DNA of 54,322 nucleotides from an uncultured Chlamydiae bacterium (GCA_963830365.1 CAWHMU010000003.1:1-54322); one strand, 5' to 3'. Counted from the first letter of the stretch, positions 12,266-21,864 are shown. Translations and numbers: made by a program. Notes: generated from the letters alone by a model not told the origin.

Positions 12266-12981
12266 GGCCTAAGCTTTTTCGAATTCGGGCATGGGCACGG
12301 GCTCGGGCACGTAATTTTAGTTTGGGCTCTGCCACAAACAAGATATCGAGAGGACTCAGCTTTTCCAGTAGTAGCTTTGGGAGCTTAGGGCTTTTTTAAG
12401 CCAGGTAGGGGCATGCAGGCAGCTTTTTCCGAGGCGGTAGCCGGCTCCATTTGGCCAGGATATGGGCGCAGGCATAGGGGAGCTGCTGGGGGGCTTCTTT
12501 GGCCAGGCGTTTGGTCATTTGCCGTACGAAGTCAAGGCCGCGCTTGCCATCGCTGCTGTCGCAGGCTAAAAGCGCGGCATAGTCCTTGCGGGCGATGCCG
12601 GTGTCGAAGTTGCGGCGGAATTCCTGCCACAGCGAATAGTAGTGGGAGTGGTGGACGATGGCCTCTGCCACATAGGCGATGCTGTAATCGTTTCTAAGTA
12701 ATTTAGCCACCGCCAATCTTCGCCGAGCAATACGCGCGGGAATCCGCCGACGGCATCTAAGGCTGCATTGGTGTAGGCGGCGCAGGAGTCAGAACAGAAG
12801 AAGGTGTAGACGCCATATTTGGAGAGGTCTTTCAGGCTGCGCACATGGCTTGTGGGGGGGTAGTTATATTCCCTTGGAAAGGCTTCAAAGAAGCCGGCGC
12901 CATGGTGCGGCACCTGTCTGGCATAGGCGGTGGCGGAAAGTCCCTGCACGAGTGGATCGACAAGCCTGCCCAAAGCCTCGG
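12266..12981. repeat. Direct repeat, copy 1, of 15757-16475
   Basis: Collinear match from GGCCTAAGCTTTTTCGAATT to AAGCCTGCCCAAAGCCTCGG, with scattered substitutions and small indels. Confidence 0.95.
12365..12981 (-). pseudogene. 5'-truncated, frameshifted copy of the GT2 glycosyltransferase at 15844-16767
   Basis: Two ORF fragments (12566-13018, 12396-12716) reproduce the intact protein; 4-nt loss near 12711-12715 and 1-nt gain near 12443. Confidence 0.9.
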
Positions 12982-13044
12982 ATGGTGGATAATCGAAGCT
13001 TTTGAGTAGCAAAAACAACCCTCACCCTTTTACAACGATTTTAA

Positions 13045-13269
13045 GGGCTCTTAAGCTATTTTGAGCATAGAATTGATAATGGCAAAGCAGAGGGAATCAA
13101 CAATAAGATCAAGGTTGTCAAACGGCAAGCCTATGGCTTTCACGATTTGGAGTATTTCAAGTTGAGGTTGTACCACCTTCACAGGAAAGAATGCCAGTTG
13201 GTGGGTTAGTGGACATTGCTCTCTGAGGAATTGTCTCGGAAAGTCTGCCCCCAATTCCCGAGAAGAACC
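13045..13269 (+). mobile_element. ISL3-family transposase C-terminal remnant with right terminal inverted repeat
   Basis: 13045-13209 translates GLLSYFEHRIDNGKAEGINNKIKVVKRQAYGFHDLEYFKLRLYHLH (ISL3 C-terminal E-motif). Ends in CCCAATTCCCGAGAAGAACC, reverse complement GGTTCTTC-type TIR. Confidence 0.85.
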
Positions 13270-13305
13270 AGATTGCGTAAGCTAATATTTGTTTTTGTAT
13301 GAAAT

Positions 13306-13319
13306 TTAATGCATATCAA
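13306..13319. promoter_or_regulatory. Possible Crp/Fnr-family (DNR/NnrR-like) box upstream of qNOR
   Basis: TTAAT-GCAT-ATCAA, one mismatch to TTGAT-N4-ATCAA, in an AT-rich context. Confidence 0.35.
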
Positions 13320-13372
13320 AAAACAGATTGTTTTGTTATGGTTTTTTTTAAAAAATCATGGGGGTTACGCTT

Positions 13373-15673
13373 ATGGCATTTCATAGCGAAGAAAAAGATA
13401 ACTTGTCGGTATGGTGGCGGTATGCGGTAATTATTGTGATGCTTATAGGTTTTTCAATTCTTGTATTTGTCACCAGCCTCGCCTATGAAAATGTGCCGCC
13501 TATTCCGGATAAGGTGATGGACGCCAATCACAACGTCATCTTTACCAAAGAAAATATTAAGGAAGGACAATCTGTATTTTTGAAATACAACTTGATGGAG
13601 CATGGAACTCTTTGGGGGCACGGCGCCTATTTAGGCCCTGACTATACAGCAGAGTATCTCCATCAGGAAGCTCTGGTAATGCTGGACTACCTAGCTAAAG
13701 AAAAATATGCAAACTCTTTCGCCGAACTTTCCGAAGATCAGCAACTTGGTCTCAAAGAAAAAGTTACTATCATATTGAAGGAAAATCGTTTTGATTTTGA
13801 TAAGAACGACTTAGTTTACACGCCGGGAGAAGTGGCGGTTTTTGATAAGGCGCAAGTTTACTGGCAGGCCTATTTTAATGAGGGCATAGCGCCAGGCTTA
13901 CCATTAAACTATATTAGTAATCCTGACGACCTCAGAAACTTAGTTACATTCTTCTCTTGGGCCAGTTGGGTTGCTGTGACGAAGCGTCCAAATGAAAACT
14001 TTTCTTACACCAATAATTTTCCTTATGATCCCATGATAGGCAATTTTCCTAGTGCCGACGCCTATTTCTGGAGCGCTATCAGCCTGATATTCATGCTGGG
14101 TGCCACAGGTTTGATGCTATTTCTTTTTGGAAAGTTCGATTTCCTTGGGTGGGATCCCAATCGGAAACCGCGCCACGTGCATGAAACCCATCTGGCCCTC
14201 CCTCCGTTGACAGAAGGTCAGTATGCAACGATGCCCTATTTTGCCGTCGTGGTCATATTGTTTCTGCTGCAGTCCTTGTTTGGAGGCCTTATTGCGCATT
14301 ACCGCGTCGAGTCAAGTTTTTATGGACTGACAATTGTCGACTGGGTGGCCTACAATCTAGGCAGAACCTGGCATCTGCAGCTGGCTATATTTTGGATTGC
14401 GACAGCATGGTTAGGGGGCGGACTTTTTATCGCTCCAATGCTGAGTGGTGTAGAACCCAAGCATCAAAAGCTTGGCATCCAGTTGTTGCTTGGGGCTCTT
14501 GTCGTGGTGGTGTTTGGGAGTTTGACAGGAGAATTTTTAAGCGCTCAGGGGTTGATGACAGGGGAGACTTGGTTTTGGCTTGGAAACCAGGGATCGGAAT
14601 ACCTGGATTTGGGACGCTTTTGGCAATATCTACTGATAGCAGGTTTTCTATTTTGGTTATGGCTGCTTTACAGAGCATTGCGGCCGGCTTTTTCGAATCC
14701 GGCCTTGAAAGAATTCAGCATTCTTTTCTTCCTCGCTGCGGCAGCCATCCCCATTTTTTATGTCCCTGCGGTGTTTTATCATCACCAAACCCATTTTACG
14801 ATCATTGACACCTGGCGTTTCTGGATCATTCACCTTTGGGTGGAAGGTTTTTTCGAAGTCTTTGCTACCATATTGACAGCGACTATTTTCGTGCAAATGG
14901 GCGTATCCAAGCTGATCACCGCGAAAAGGGTTATCTACCTGGACATCATCCTTTACCTAGGTGCAGGCGTAGTCGGCACAGGCCACCACTGGTACTTTAC
15001 AGGTCAAACAAATGTGAATATGGCCTTATCGGCCTGCTTTTCAGCTATGGAAGTCGTGCCTTTAACGTTGCTGACTCTTGACGCCTGGGATTTTATTCGG
15101 GTGTCGCGCCTGCGTTGTGAAGAGTGCGGACATTTTCTGGCAGAGCGGCAAAAGTGGACGATTTACTTTTTAATTTCCGTCGGTATCTGGAACTTCGTCG
15201 GAGCGGGAATATTCGGATTTTTAATTAACCTGCCAATCATCTCATACTTTGAAGTGGGTACGAATTTAACGCAAAATCACGGCCATGCCGCGATGTTCGG
15301 GGTTTTTGGTATGCTGGCACTGGCTGTCACAATGTTCTGTATGCGTGCGATGCAATCAGAAGATATTTGGCAAAAAACCAAAAAACTTGTCAGAATAGGT
15401 TTTTGGGGCCTTAATATAGGTATGGCCTTGATGGTCATCCTCGATCTTTTCCCCTCGGGGATTCTCCAACTATGGGATGCCATTGAGAATGGTTACTGGC
15501 ATGCCCGTCATCTGAACTTCATCATGAGCGGATTTTTCCATCAGTTAGAGTGGCTACGACTGGGCGCTGACATGATATTTATCGTAGTAGGTGTCATACC
15601 TACGGTGGCTGCGGTCCTTATCACCTATGCGTATGGTAACAAAATGCATGAAATCGCCGCTGAGCAGAAGTAG
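13373..15673 (+). CDS. norB: Quinol-dependent nitric oxide reductase (qNOR, long-form NorB/NorZ)
   Basis: GTLWGHGAYLGPDYTA, SYTNNFPYDP, RTWHLQLAIFWIA, WIIHLWVEGFFE, GTGHHWY and NHGHAAMFGVFG: heme b/b3 and FeB ligands and glutamates intact. Alternative start 13358. Confidence 0.96.
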   Translation: MAFHSEEKDNLSVWWRYAVIIVMLIGFSILVFVTSLAYENVPPIPDKVMDANHNVIFTKENIKEGQSVFLKYNLMEHGTLWGHGAYLGPDYTAEYLHQEALVMLDYLAKEKYANSFAELSEDQQLGLKEKVTIILKENRFDFDKNDLVYTPGEVAVFDKAQVYWQAYFNEGIAPGLPLNYISNPDDLRNLVTFFSWASWVAVTKRPNENFSYTNNFPYDPMIGNFPSADAYFWSAISLIFMLGATGLMLFLFGKFDFLGWDPNRKPRHVHETHLALPPLTEGQYATMPYFAVVVILFLLQSLFGGLIAHYRVESSFYGLTIVDWVAYNLGRTWHLQLAIFWIATAWLGGGLFIAPMLSGVEPKHQKLGIQLLLGALVVVVFGSLTGEFLSAQGLMTGETWFWLGNQGSEYLDLGRFWQYLLIAGFLFWLWLLYRALRPAFSNPALKEFSILFFLAAAAIPIFYVPAVFYHHQTHFTIIDTWRFWIIHLWVEGFFEVFATILTATIFVQMGVSKLITAKRVIYLDIILYLGAGVVGTGHHWYFTGQTNVNMALSACFSAMEVVPLTLLTLDAWDFIRVSRLRCEECGHFLAERQKWTIYFLISVGIWNFVGAGIFGFLINLPIISYFEVGTNLTQNHGHAAMFGVFGMLALAVTMFCMRAMQSEDIWQKTKKLVRIGFWGLNIGMALMVILDLFPSGILQLWDAIENGYWHARHLNFIMSGFFHQLEWLRLGADMIFIVVGVIPTVAAVLITYAYGNKMHEIAAEQK

Positions 15674-15756
15674 TCTAGGAGCTAGTCCCCCCATCCAGGG
15701 GTGGCTGTGACAATATGTCTAGATTTGAGACTTACACAGGCGCACTCAGAATGAGT

Positions 15757-16475
15757 GGCCTAAGCTTTTTCGAATTAGGGCGCGCGCACGAGCACGCACA
15801 CGGGCATGTAATTTTAGTTTAGGCTTTGCCATGAAAAGGAATATTACGGATTATCCCAGTAGTAGCTTTGGGAGCTTAGGGCTTTTTTAAGCCAGATGGG
15901 GGCATGCAGGCAGCTTTTTCCGAGGTGGTAGCCGCTCCATTTGGCCAGGATATGGGCGCAGGCATAAGGGAGCTGCTGGGGGGCTTCTTTGGCCAGGCGT
16001 TTGTTCATTTGCCGTACGAAGTCAAGGCCGCGTTTACCATCGCTGCTGTCGCAGGCGAGGAGGTCGGCATAGCCCTTGCGGGCGATGCCGGTGTCGAAGT
16101 TGCGGCGGAATTCCTGCCACAGCGAATAGTGGTGGGAGTGGTGGACGATGGCCTCTGCCACATAGGCGATGCTGTAATCGTTTCTAAGTAATTTAGCCAC
16201 GGCCACGGTATCTTCGCCGAGCAATACGCGCGGGAATCCGCCGACGGCATCTAAGGCTGCATTGGTGTAGGCGGCGCAGGAGTCTGAACAGAAGAAGGTA
16301 TAGACGCCATATTTGGAGAGGTCTTTCAGGCTGCGCACATGGCTTTTGGCCGGGTAGTTATATTCCCTCGGAAAGGCTTCGAAGAAGCCGGCGCCATGGT
16401 GCGGCACCTGTCTGGCATAGGCGGCGGCGGAAAGTCCCTGCACGAGCGGATCGACAAGCCTGCCCAAAGCCTCGG
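15757..16475. repeat. Direct repeat, copy 2, of 12266-12981
   Basis: See copy 1; this copy contains the intact 3' part of the GT2 gene. Confidence 0.95.
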
Positions 16476-16767
16476 CATCGGCCATGTAGGCATCTTGGGT
16501 ATGCATGCTCACGATATCGGTAGCCAGATGGCGGCGCGCCATTTCACGGGTGGTGCCGTGGTTGAAGTCGGCGCGCGGGATGACCAGCGTTTCGGCGCCT
16601 AAGGCTTGTGCCATAGCGGCCGTGCCATCGCTGGATGAGGAGTCGACAACCAGCACGCGTGGTTTGAGGGGGGAGTTTAGCAAGGGCGGCAGGCATTTTG
16701 GCAGATGGTGCTTGGCGTTGAGGGTGACGACAACGCAGCCGATGGTGGGGTGGGGTGTTGAGTTCAT
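15844..16767 (-). CDS. Glycosyltransferase family 2 (rhamnosyltransferase-like)
   Basis: VVVTLNA...VVDSSSSDGT...FNHGTTR...HTQDA...AYARQ...GED; start MNSTPHP at 16767. Confidence 0.9.
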   Translation of the reverse strand: MNSTPHPTIGCVVVTLNAKHHLPKCLPPLLNSPLKPRVLVVDSSSSDGTAAMAQALGAETLVIPRADFNHGTTREMARRHLATDIVSMHTQDAYMADAEALGRLVDPLVQGLSAAAYARQVPHHGAGFFEAFPREYNYPAKSHVRSLKDLSKYGVYTFFCSDSCAAYTNAALDAVGGFPRVLLGEDTVAVAKLLRNDYSIAYVAEAIVHHSHHYSLWQEFRRNFDTGIARKGYADLLACDSSDGKRGLDFVRQMNKRLAKEAPQQLPYACAHILAKWSGYHLGKSCLHAPIWLKKALSSQSYYWDNP

Positions 16768-16780
16768 CTTATTAGTTTCC

Positions 16781-17976
16781 TTATTGCCAGCCCATTGGCG
16801 GCGGTTGTTCATCAGCATCGTAGTCGACGGGGGGAATGACAAAGACTAATGTCAGATCATCGAGATTGCCGGCGGTGGGCAGGGCGTCGAGTTCATAATA
16901 GTAGTCGCCTTCTTTCAGGAAATGCACATTGGTGACTTCGGCTACGAGCAGGTCGGGGGGAATACGCCGTCCATGCCGGTGGTCACCAGTAGATCGCCGG
17001 CCTTAATGATGGGCATGGCAACCTCCTCGGAGTGTTCATCCAAGGGTTTGCCGGAACGCAGGTCGCGGGCTGGGCCTTCGCCGTCGGCGAAGTCGTAGTT
17101 GAAGCCTGTGCCCGTTAGTTGGTGGCGCTGGGTGCGCCATAAGGGCTTGCTAGAGCCGTGGATTTCGCCTTTGGCAAGGTACCAAAGAGGTTCATCTGGC
17201 GCAAGGCTGGCGGCGGTGGTTTCGAGGTGTTTGATCAGCCCTTCTTGCGCTTCAGGGTCGGCGAGAACATTCTTTTGTTTTTCCAGCAGCTGGATGAGGG
17301 TATGGATTTTCTCGATGATCAGCGGGCTTTGGGAGGCTATTCTCAGGGCGCGCACCGAGGGTGTCAAGCCCGAATCTGTGATCAGGCGCACGCGCGATTG
17401 TTTATGGCCGACGTAGTCGATGACGCCCACGATGGAGGTGCCGACGAGTACGGGGCTGTTTTTAGCCACTACGGTGCTGCCTAAGGTCTCGTTGGTGCTG
17501 GTGCCGACATCGATCCATAGGGAGCTGCTCCATGAGGCCGGTGAGCGGTAGATTACATGCCCTGGGATGGCTTTTAGTTGTAGCTGGAGTAGTTTTTGCA
17601 GTTCCAGGCGGTGTCTTTTTTTCAGGAAATTCGTTGTCTGGCGCGTCTCTAGTTTTCTATCGGTGATGGAAGTCATCTGGTTGAGCAGTCTGAGCTCATG
17701 CTGGATGGCTTCTTTGAGGTGCAGGATTTCGGAGCGCAGCAGGGAATTTTCAAGGCGCAATTGCTGGAGTTCTTCATCGTGTGCCGAGAAGTAAGTCTCT
17801 TCAGAGCCGGTATGCCGGACGAAGAAACTTTTTACTTTGGTCAGCGGCTGCCATACAGGTGCGAAGAAGGCCACAGCCGTGCTGCGCAGCTTTTCTGTGG
17901 AGATTTTTGGCAGGCTCATCAACGCCAGCAAGCTGAAGAATAACAGGAAATAGAGGTAGGGTGTTTTTCTTCGCAT
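16781..17976 (-). CDS. mreC: Rod shape-determining protein MreC, frameshifted at a G6 run (16955-16960)
   Basis: N-terminal TM and coiled coil; WSSSLWIDVG, VVAKNSPV, GDLLVTTGMDGVFPP. One extra base restores DLLVAEVTNVHFLKEGDYYYEL...PMGWQ to the stop at 16781. Confidence 0.88.
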
Positions 17977-17990
17977 ATGCAGGTTCTTCT

Positions 17991-19190
17991 TTATGGGCGA
18001 TTGACAGCAGACAGGGCTTCAATCACATAGTCCATATTATGTGAATTTAATCCGGCCACGTTGATGCGTCCGTCGGCGGGCAAATAGATGGCATAGTCTT
18101 TGAGCAGACGCTGCACCTGTGCATGGCTTAATCCTAAAAAGGAGAAAAAGCCGTTTTGCCGCTTGATGAAGCTCCAGTCTTTAGTACTTTCTTTAGCTTG
18201 CAACCCGGAAACCAGCGTCTCTCGCATAGCTTTGATCCTTAGGCGCATATCAGCAAGTTCCGCCAGCCATTCGGCTGTCAGGGCCTCATTTCTCAGGATG
18301 GCGGCGACGATTTGGGCGCCATGCAAAGGGGGCGATGAGTAGTTGCCGCGGATGATTTGCTTTATTTGGCTGCCGATTTTGCGGGCGGCATCGGCATGCT
18401 GGGCCAGCACGATAAGCCCACCCATGCGTTCGCCATAAAGTCCGAGATTTTTGGAGAAGGAATTGGCCACCAGCATTTCATGCCCTTGGGCGGCGAAGTG
18501 GCGGATGACCTTTGCATCTTCTTCGGGGGTGGCGACAAAACCCTGGTAGGCCAGGTCGAAGAAGGGGATGATCTTTTGTTTTTTTATCAGCGACGACAGC
18601 TCCTGCCATTGTGCAAAGGTGGGATCGATGCCGGTAGGGTTCTGGCAGCCGGCGTGCAGCAGGATGATGCTGCCGGGCGGCATGTTGCTGATATCGCTGC
18701 ACATGCCGGCAAAATCGAACTGGTGGTCTTTTTCGCTGTAGTAGAGGTAGCTATGGACTTTCAGGCCGCTGCGTGTGAACACCATTTTGTGGTTGGGCCA
18801 GGTCGGGGTGGGGATAAAAATCGTTTTGCTTGTCTCTTGCGCCAGGAATTCCCCTCCCACGCGCAGTGCGCCGGTGCCGCCAAGGGCTTGCACGGCAAAA
18901 AGGCCGCCTCCAAAGGACTCGGTAAAGCCTTTGCCGAGGACGAGTTCGATGTTGGCTTGGATGAAAGCTGTATGTCCTTGGATAGTCTGGTATTCCTTGC
19001 CCGGCTGTGTGGCGGGCAGGGAGGCTTCAGCCTTCCTTACGCAGGTCAATACGAGCGGCAGGCCTTCATTATCTTTGTAGCTGCCGACGCCAAGATTCAC
19101 TTTATGGGGGCGCGGGTCGGCGGCAAAGGCCACCGGCAGATGTACGATGGGGTCTTCTGGTAGCTGGGTGAGGGATTCAAAGAATGACAT
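17991..19190 (-). CDS. aspC: Aspartate/aromatic amino acid aminotransferase (class I PLP)
   Basis: KVNLGVGSY, GGTGAL, PTWPNH, NPTG, FDLAYQGF, SFSKNLGLYGER (PLP lysine), GRINVAG. Confidence 0.93.
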   Translation of the reverse strand: MSFFESLTQLPEDPIVHLPVAFAADPRPHKVNLGVGSYKDNEGLPLVLTCVRKAEASLPATQPGKEYQTIQGHTAFIQANIELVLGKGFTESFGGGLFAVQALGGTGALRVGGEFLAQETSKTIFIPTPTWPNHKMVFTRSGLKVHSYLYYSEKDHQFDFAGMCSDISNMPPGSIILLHAGCQNPTGIDPTFAQWQELSSLIKKQKIIPFFDLAYQGFVATPEEDAKVIRHFAAQGHEMLVANSFSKNLGLYGERMGGLIVLAQHADAARKIGSQIKQIIRGNYSSPPLHGAQIVAAILRNEALTAEWLAELADMRLRIKAMRETLVSGLQAKESTKDWSFIKRQNGFFSFLGLSHAQVQRLLKDYAIYLPADGRINVAGLNSHNMDYVIEALSAVNRP

Positions 19191-19303
19191 AAGGGTAGTC
19201 CTGTATGAGGGTAAGAGACTGCCATGCATTATATACGAAGAAGCAAAACATGAAAGGAAAAATATAACTGACTGCATTCAAAGAAATTGCATTCAAAGGG
19301 AAT

Positions 19304-19376
19304 TGGAGCGTAACGGGGTCGAACCGTTCACCTCAACAATGCCATTGTTGCGCTCTACCAGCTGAGCTAACGCCCC
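19304..19376 (-). tRNA. tRNA-Ala (GGC)
   Basis: Reverse complement GGGGCGTTAGCTCAGCTGGTAGAGCGCAACAATGGCATTGTTGAGGTGAACGGTTCGACCCCGTTACGCTCCA; G3:U70 pair; CCA not encoded. Confidence 0.97.
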
Positions 19377-19467
19377 AAATGAATGCGCACTTACTATATG
19401 AAATTGCAGGTTTTTCGGGCAAGCAAATTGCGCAATTAATAGGAATTATGCGAAACAGGTGTTTCTG

Positions 19468-19741
19468 AAATTTTCACCACAGAGGCACAGAGACACAGAG
19501 AAATAAACAAGCAGCAAAAAACATGCGATAGGCAGGATAGTCAAGATAGCCCCACAATGGCGTATCGTTTGCGCACGAGCATGATTTCATCTCTACTTTA
19601 TAAGGGCTTCCTAAGGCAGTTAATGTTGCGATTTATAAATAGTTGGATATCATTAATATAAAAGTAATGAAGGGACATAGAGAAAACAAGAAGGCATCTG
19701 CGGTCTTTCTCTGTGTCTCTGTGCCTCTGTGGTGAAAATTT
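19468..19741. repeat. Element bounded by a perfect 36-bp CACAGAG-type inverted repeat
   Basis: AAATTTTCACCACAGAGGCACAGAGACACAGAGAAA (19468-19503) and its exact reverse complement (19706-19741). Confidence 0.9.
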
Positions 19742-19761
19742 GCTAATATGGAAAGGAAGCT

Positions 19762-20649
19762 ATGCAACTATGTGCACTAGACGACAATGAGAAGCCGGTC
19801 TTTGCCGGCAGGGCCGTCAAGCAGCAGAATTATATCTGCCTGGAATGCCGTCAGCATGTGCGGCTGCGCAGCGGGCTGCACCGGCAGGCCCATTTTTACC
19901 ATGTGCAGCCCAACCATACCTGCCGGATGAATGGCAAGGGAATGGTGCATTTGATGCTGCAGAATTTTTTGAAGGACAGCCTGCCGTCAGGAGAAGCGGA
20001 GCTGGAGCGCCGCTTTAATGAGATTGGACGCATTGCCGATGTGGCGTGGCCTGCGCGGCGTTTAATCTACGAAATCCAATGCTCCCCCATAACAGCCGCG
20101 GAAGTTCAGGCGCGCAATGCCGACTACGCCTCGCTTGGTTATCAGGTGGTATGGATATTCCACGATGCGCGCTACAATCAAAATCGCCTGACGGCGGCAG
20201 AAGATGTTTTGCGCCACTGGCCGCATTATTTTACGGATATGGATGAATCCGGCTGCGGCCACATCTATGAGCATTTTGCACTCGTCAGCCGCGGCATGCG
20301 CCTGCATCGCCTGCCGCGACAGCCTATCGATGCGACGGCGCCTAGGAGTCCGCTGACAAAAGCCGAATTTGCCCATCTGGAGCAGCAGCTGCCAAAAGCC
20401 GTACTTGAGCGTGCCAGAAGGTGGCAGGTGGGCTTTAGCGGGGATCTGGTCGACCGGTGTTTGAAGTCGGATGCAAACTTGGCAGCAGCCTTGGAAGGAC
20501 TTGCCGGTCAGGATTCATCAGATTGTGAAGGAGAATCCGACTTTTTAGCCCAGCCGCTATGGCAGGCGATCAAAAGCTATGGATGGCGTTGGCTTGTTTT
20601 TCCCTATCGAGCGGTCTTGCGTCTGCTGTTAGAGCGGGCGTGCCGCTGA
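19762..20649 (+). CDS. coiA: CoiA-family competence protein / nuclease
   Basis: YICLECRQHVRLRSG...HFYH zinc-finger-like N-terminus; RIADV...EIQCSPI...R..DY...GYQVVW nuclease motif. Confidence 0.85.
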   Translation: MQLCALDDNEKPVFAGRAVKQQNYICLECRQHVRLRSGLHRQAHFYHVQPNHTCRMNGKGMVHLMLQNFLKDSLPSGEAELERRFNEIGRIADVAWPARRLIYEIQCSPITAAEVQARNADYASLGYQVVWIFHDARYNQNRLTAAEDVLRHWPHYFTDMDESGCGHIYEHFALVSRGMRLHRLPRQPIDATAPRSPLTKAEFAHLEQQLPKAVLERARRWQVGFSGDLVDRCLKSDANLAAALEGLAGQDSSDCEGESDFLAQPLWQAIKSYGWRWLVFPYRAVLRLLLERACR

Positions 20650-21864
20650 GAGATTTTGGTATAATACGGCAATGACATGTTGGCGGAAGATGCCTGTAGG
20701 GATGGCGCCGAAGTGTGCTTGGACGTTGATGTCGTGTCCGGACTTGGTTTTTAAAGGCAGTTGGATATGGGCTTCGCTGCGCATGGATAGGCTGGCGATG
20801 CCTTGGCGCCAGGCGGCAACATCCTGGATGATATCGCTGAAGTTTTGCACGAATTTATCGGGGCTCCAGCCGGCCAGGATTCTGATTTGGTTGTTGGCAA
20901 ACAGCAATTGGTTTTCCTTGGGGGAATAAAGCAAAATGGTGCTGTTGTTTTCGCTGCGCAGGCTGTCGCATAAGCGGCGTAGGTCGAGGGCGAAGCCATC
21001 TGCGGGAGAATCAAGGAAGGCGTTGAACTGGCTGTTGAAGCGGTGCGAACCGGTGATCTTTTGGGCTATATCAAGGCAGCGCTTAAGTTGCAGGGAGGCC
21101 TCTTCACTGGAGCGTATCTGCCTTTCCGGTGGGGGGTTGGGTGGTTCTTCTTGGGGGTATTCGGACATGAAAGAAGAAGAGGCATAGGAAGGGGATGGGT
21201 GGTGCGTCTCGTTGTGCAGCGAGCCGCTATAGGCTTCGGCTAGTTGTAAAAGCGTTTTTATTTCATATGTCAGATCGCCGGTTTTAGCTTCCAGTGTGCC
21301 GATCTGCTGCTGTTTTTTTTCCACAGCGGCTTTTTGTTCGGCAATGGTTTCTTGCAGTGCTTGGATGTGTGCTTGCTGTTGTTCCATCTGGCGGCAGGTT
21401 TGCTGACGATAATTTTCCCACTCGGCCTGTGTTTCTCGATCGTGCAGTTGGGCCTGTTCTTTGTCTTGGCATTGCTGTGCGGCTTGTGCTGCCAGCGTGT
21501 CTATCTCTGCGCGCATGTGGTCGTTTGCGGCTTTTAATATTTCCAGTTCTTTAAGTCTTTCAACAGCGTCCGAGAGGGCTATGGAGAGGTCTTCAGCGTG
21601 TTCTACCGCGGCTGCAGGGGTGGTGGCTTCTTCGGTGGCATCGTTTTCTGATCGGTTTTTAGGGGGGCGGAAGCGTGTTTCCCAACGCAGCATCACCCAG
21701 AAGATGGCGAGGGCGCCGGTGGTGGTTAAAAACAAGCCCAGGCTGAGCACATTCCAGCTGCCGGTTGCCGTGCTATATGTGCTCAGGCAGATTAACGGCA
21801 GCAGGTAGCATAAAATAACCACCCACAGGACAGTATAGCGGGAAAATGAGGGATCTTGTTTCAT
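20629..21864 (-). CDS. Hypothetical membrane protein: two TM helices, coiled coil, C-terminal PAS-like region
   Basis: Hydrophobic N-terminus; Q/E-rich heptads; LLFANNQIRILAGWSPDKF resembles a PAS N-terminal motif. Confidence 0.7.
   Translation of the reverse strand: MKQDPSFSRYTVLWVVILCYLLPLICLSTYSTATGSWNVLSLGLFLTTTGALAIFWVMLRWETRFRPPKNRSENDATEEATTPAAAVEHAEDLSIALSDAVERLKELEILKAANDHMRAEIDTLAAQAAQQCQDKEQAQLHDRETQAEWENYRQQTCRQMEQQQAHIQALQETIAEQKAAVEKKQQQIGTLEAKTGDLTYEIKTLLQLAEAYSGSLHNETHHPSPSYASSSFMSEYPQEEPPNPPPERQIRSSEEASLQLKRCLDIAQKITGSHRFNSQFNAFLDSPADGFALDLRRLCDSLRSENNSTILLYSPKENQLLFANNQIRILAGWSPDKFVQNFSDIIQDVAAWRQGIASLSMRSEAHIQLPLKTKSGHDINVQAHFGAIPTGIFRQHVIAVLYQNLSAARPL

Noticed and set aside
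13051..13254. 67-aa minus-strand ORF from the track
   Set aside because: It is the antisense shadow of the plus-strand ISL3 fragment.
15116..15133. CEECGH in qNOR as a heme c site
   Set aside because: Heme c attachment needs CxxCH; here a Gly intervenes, and qNOR lacks heme c.
19304..19376. tRNA-Ala as an island attachment site
   Set aside because: No duplicate of its 3' end and no integrase in the window.
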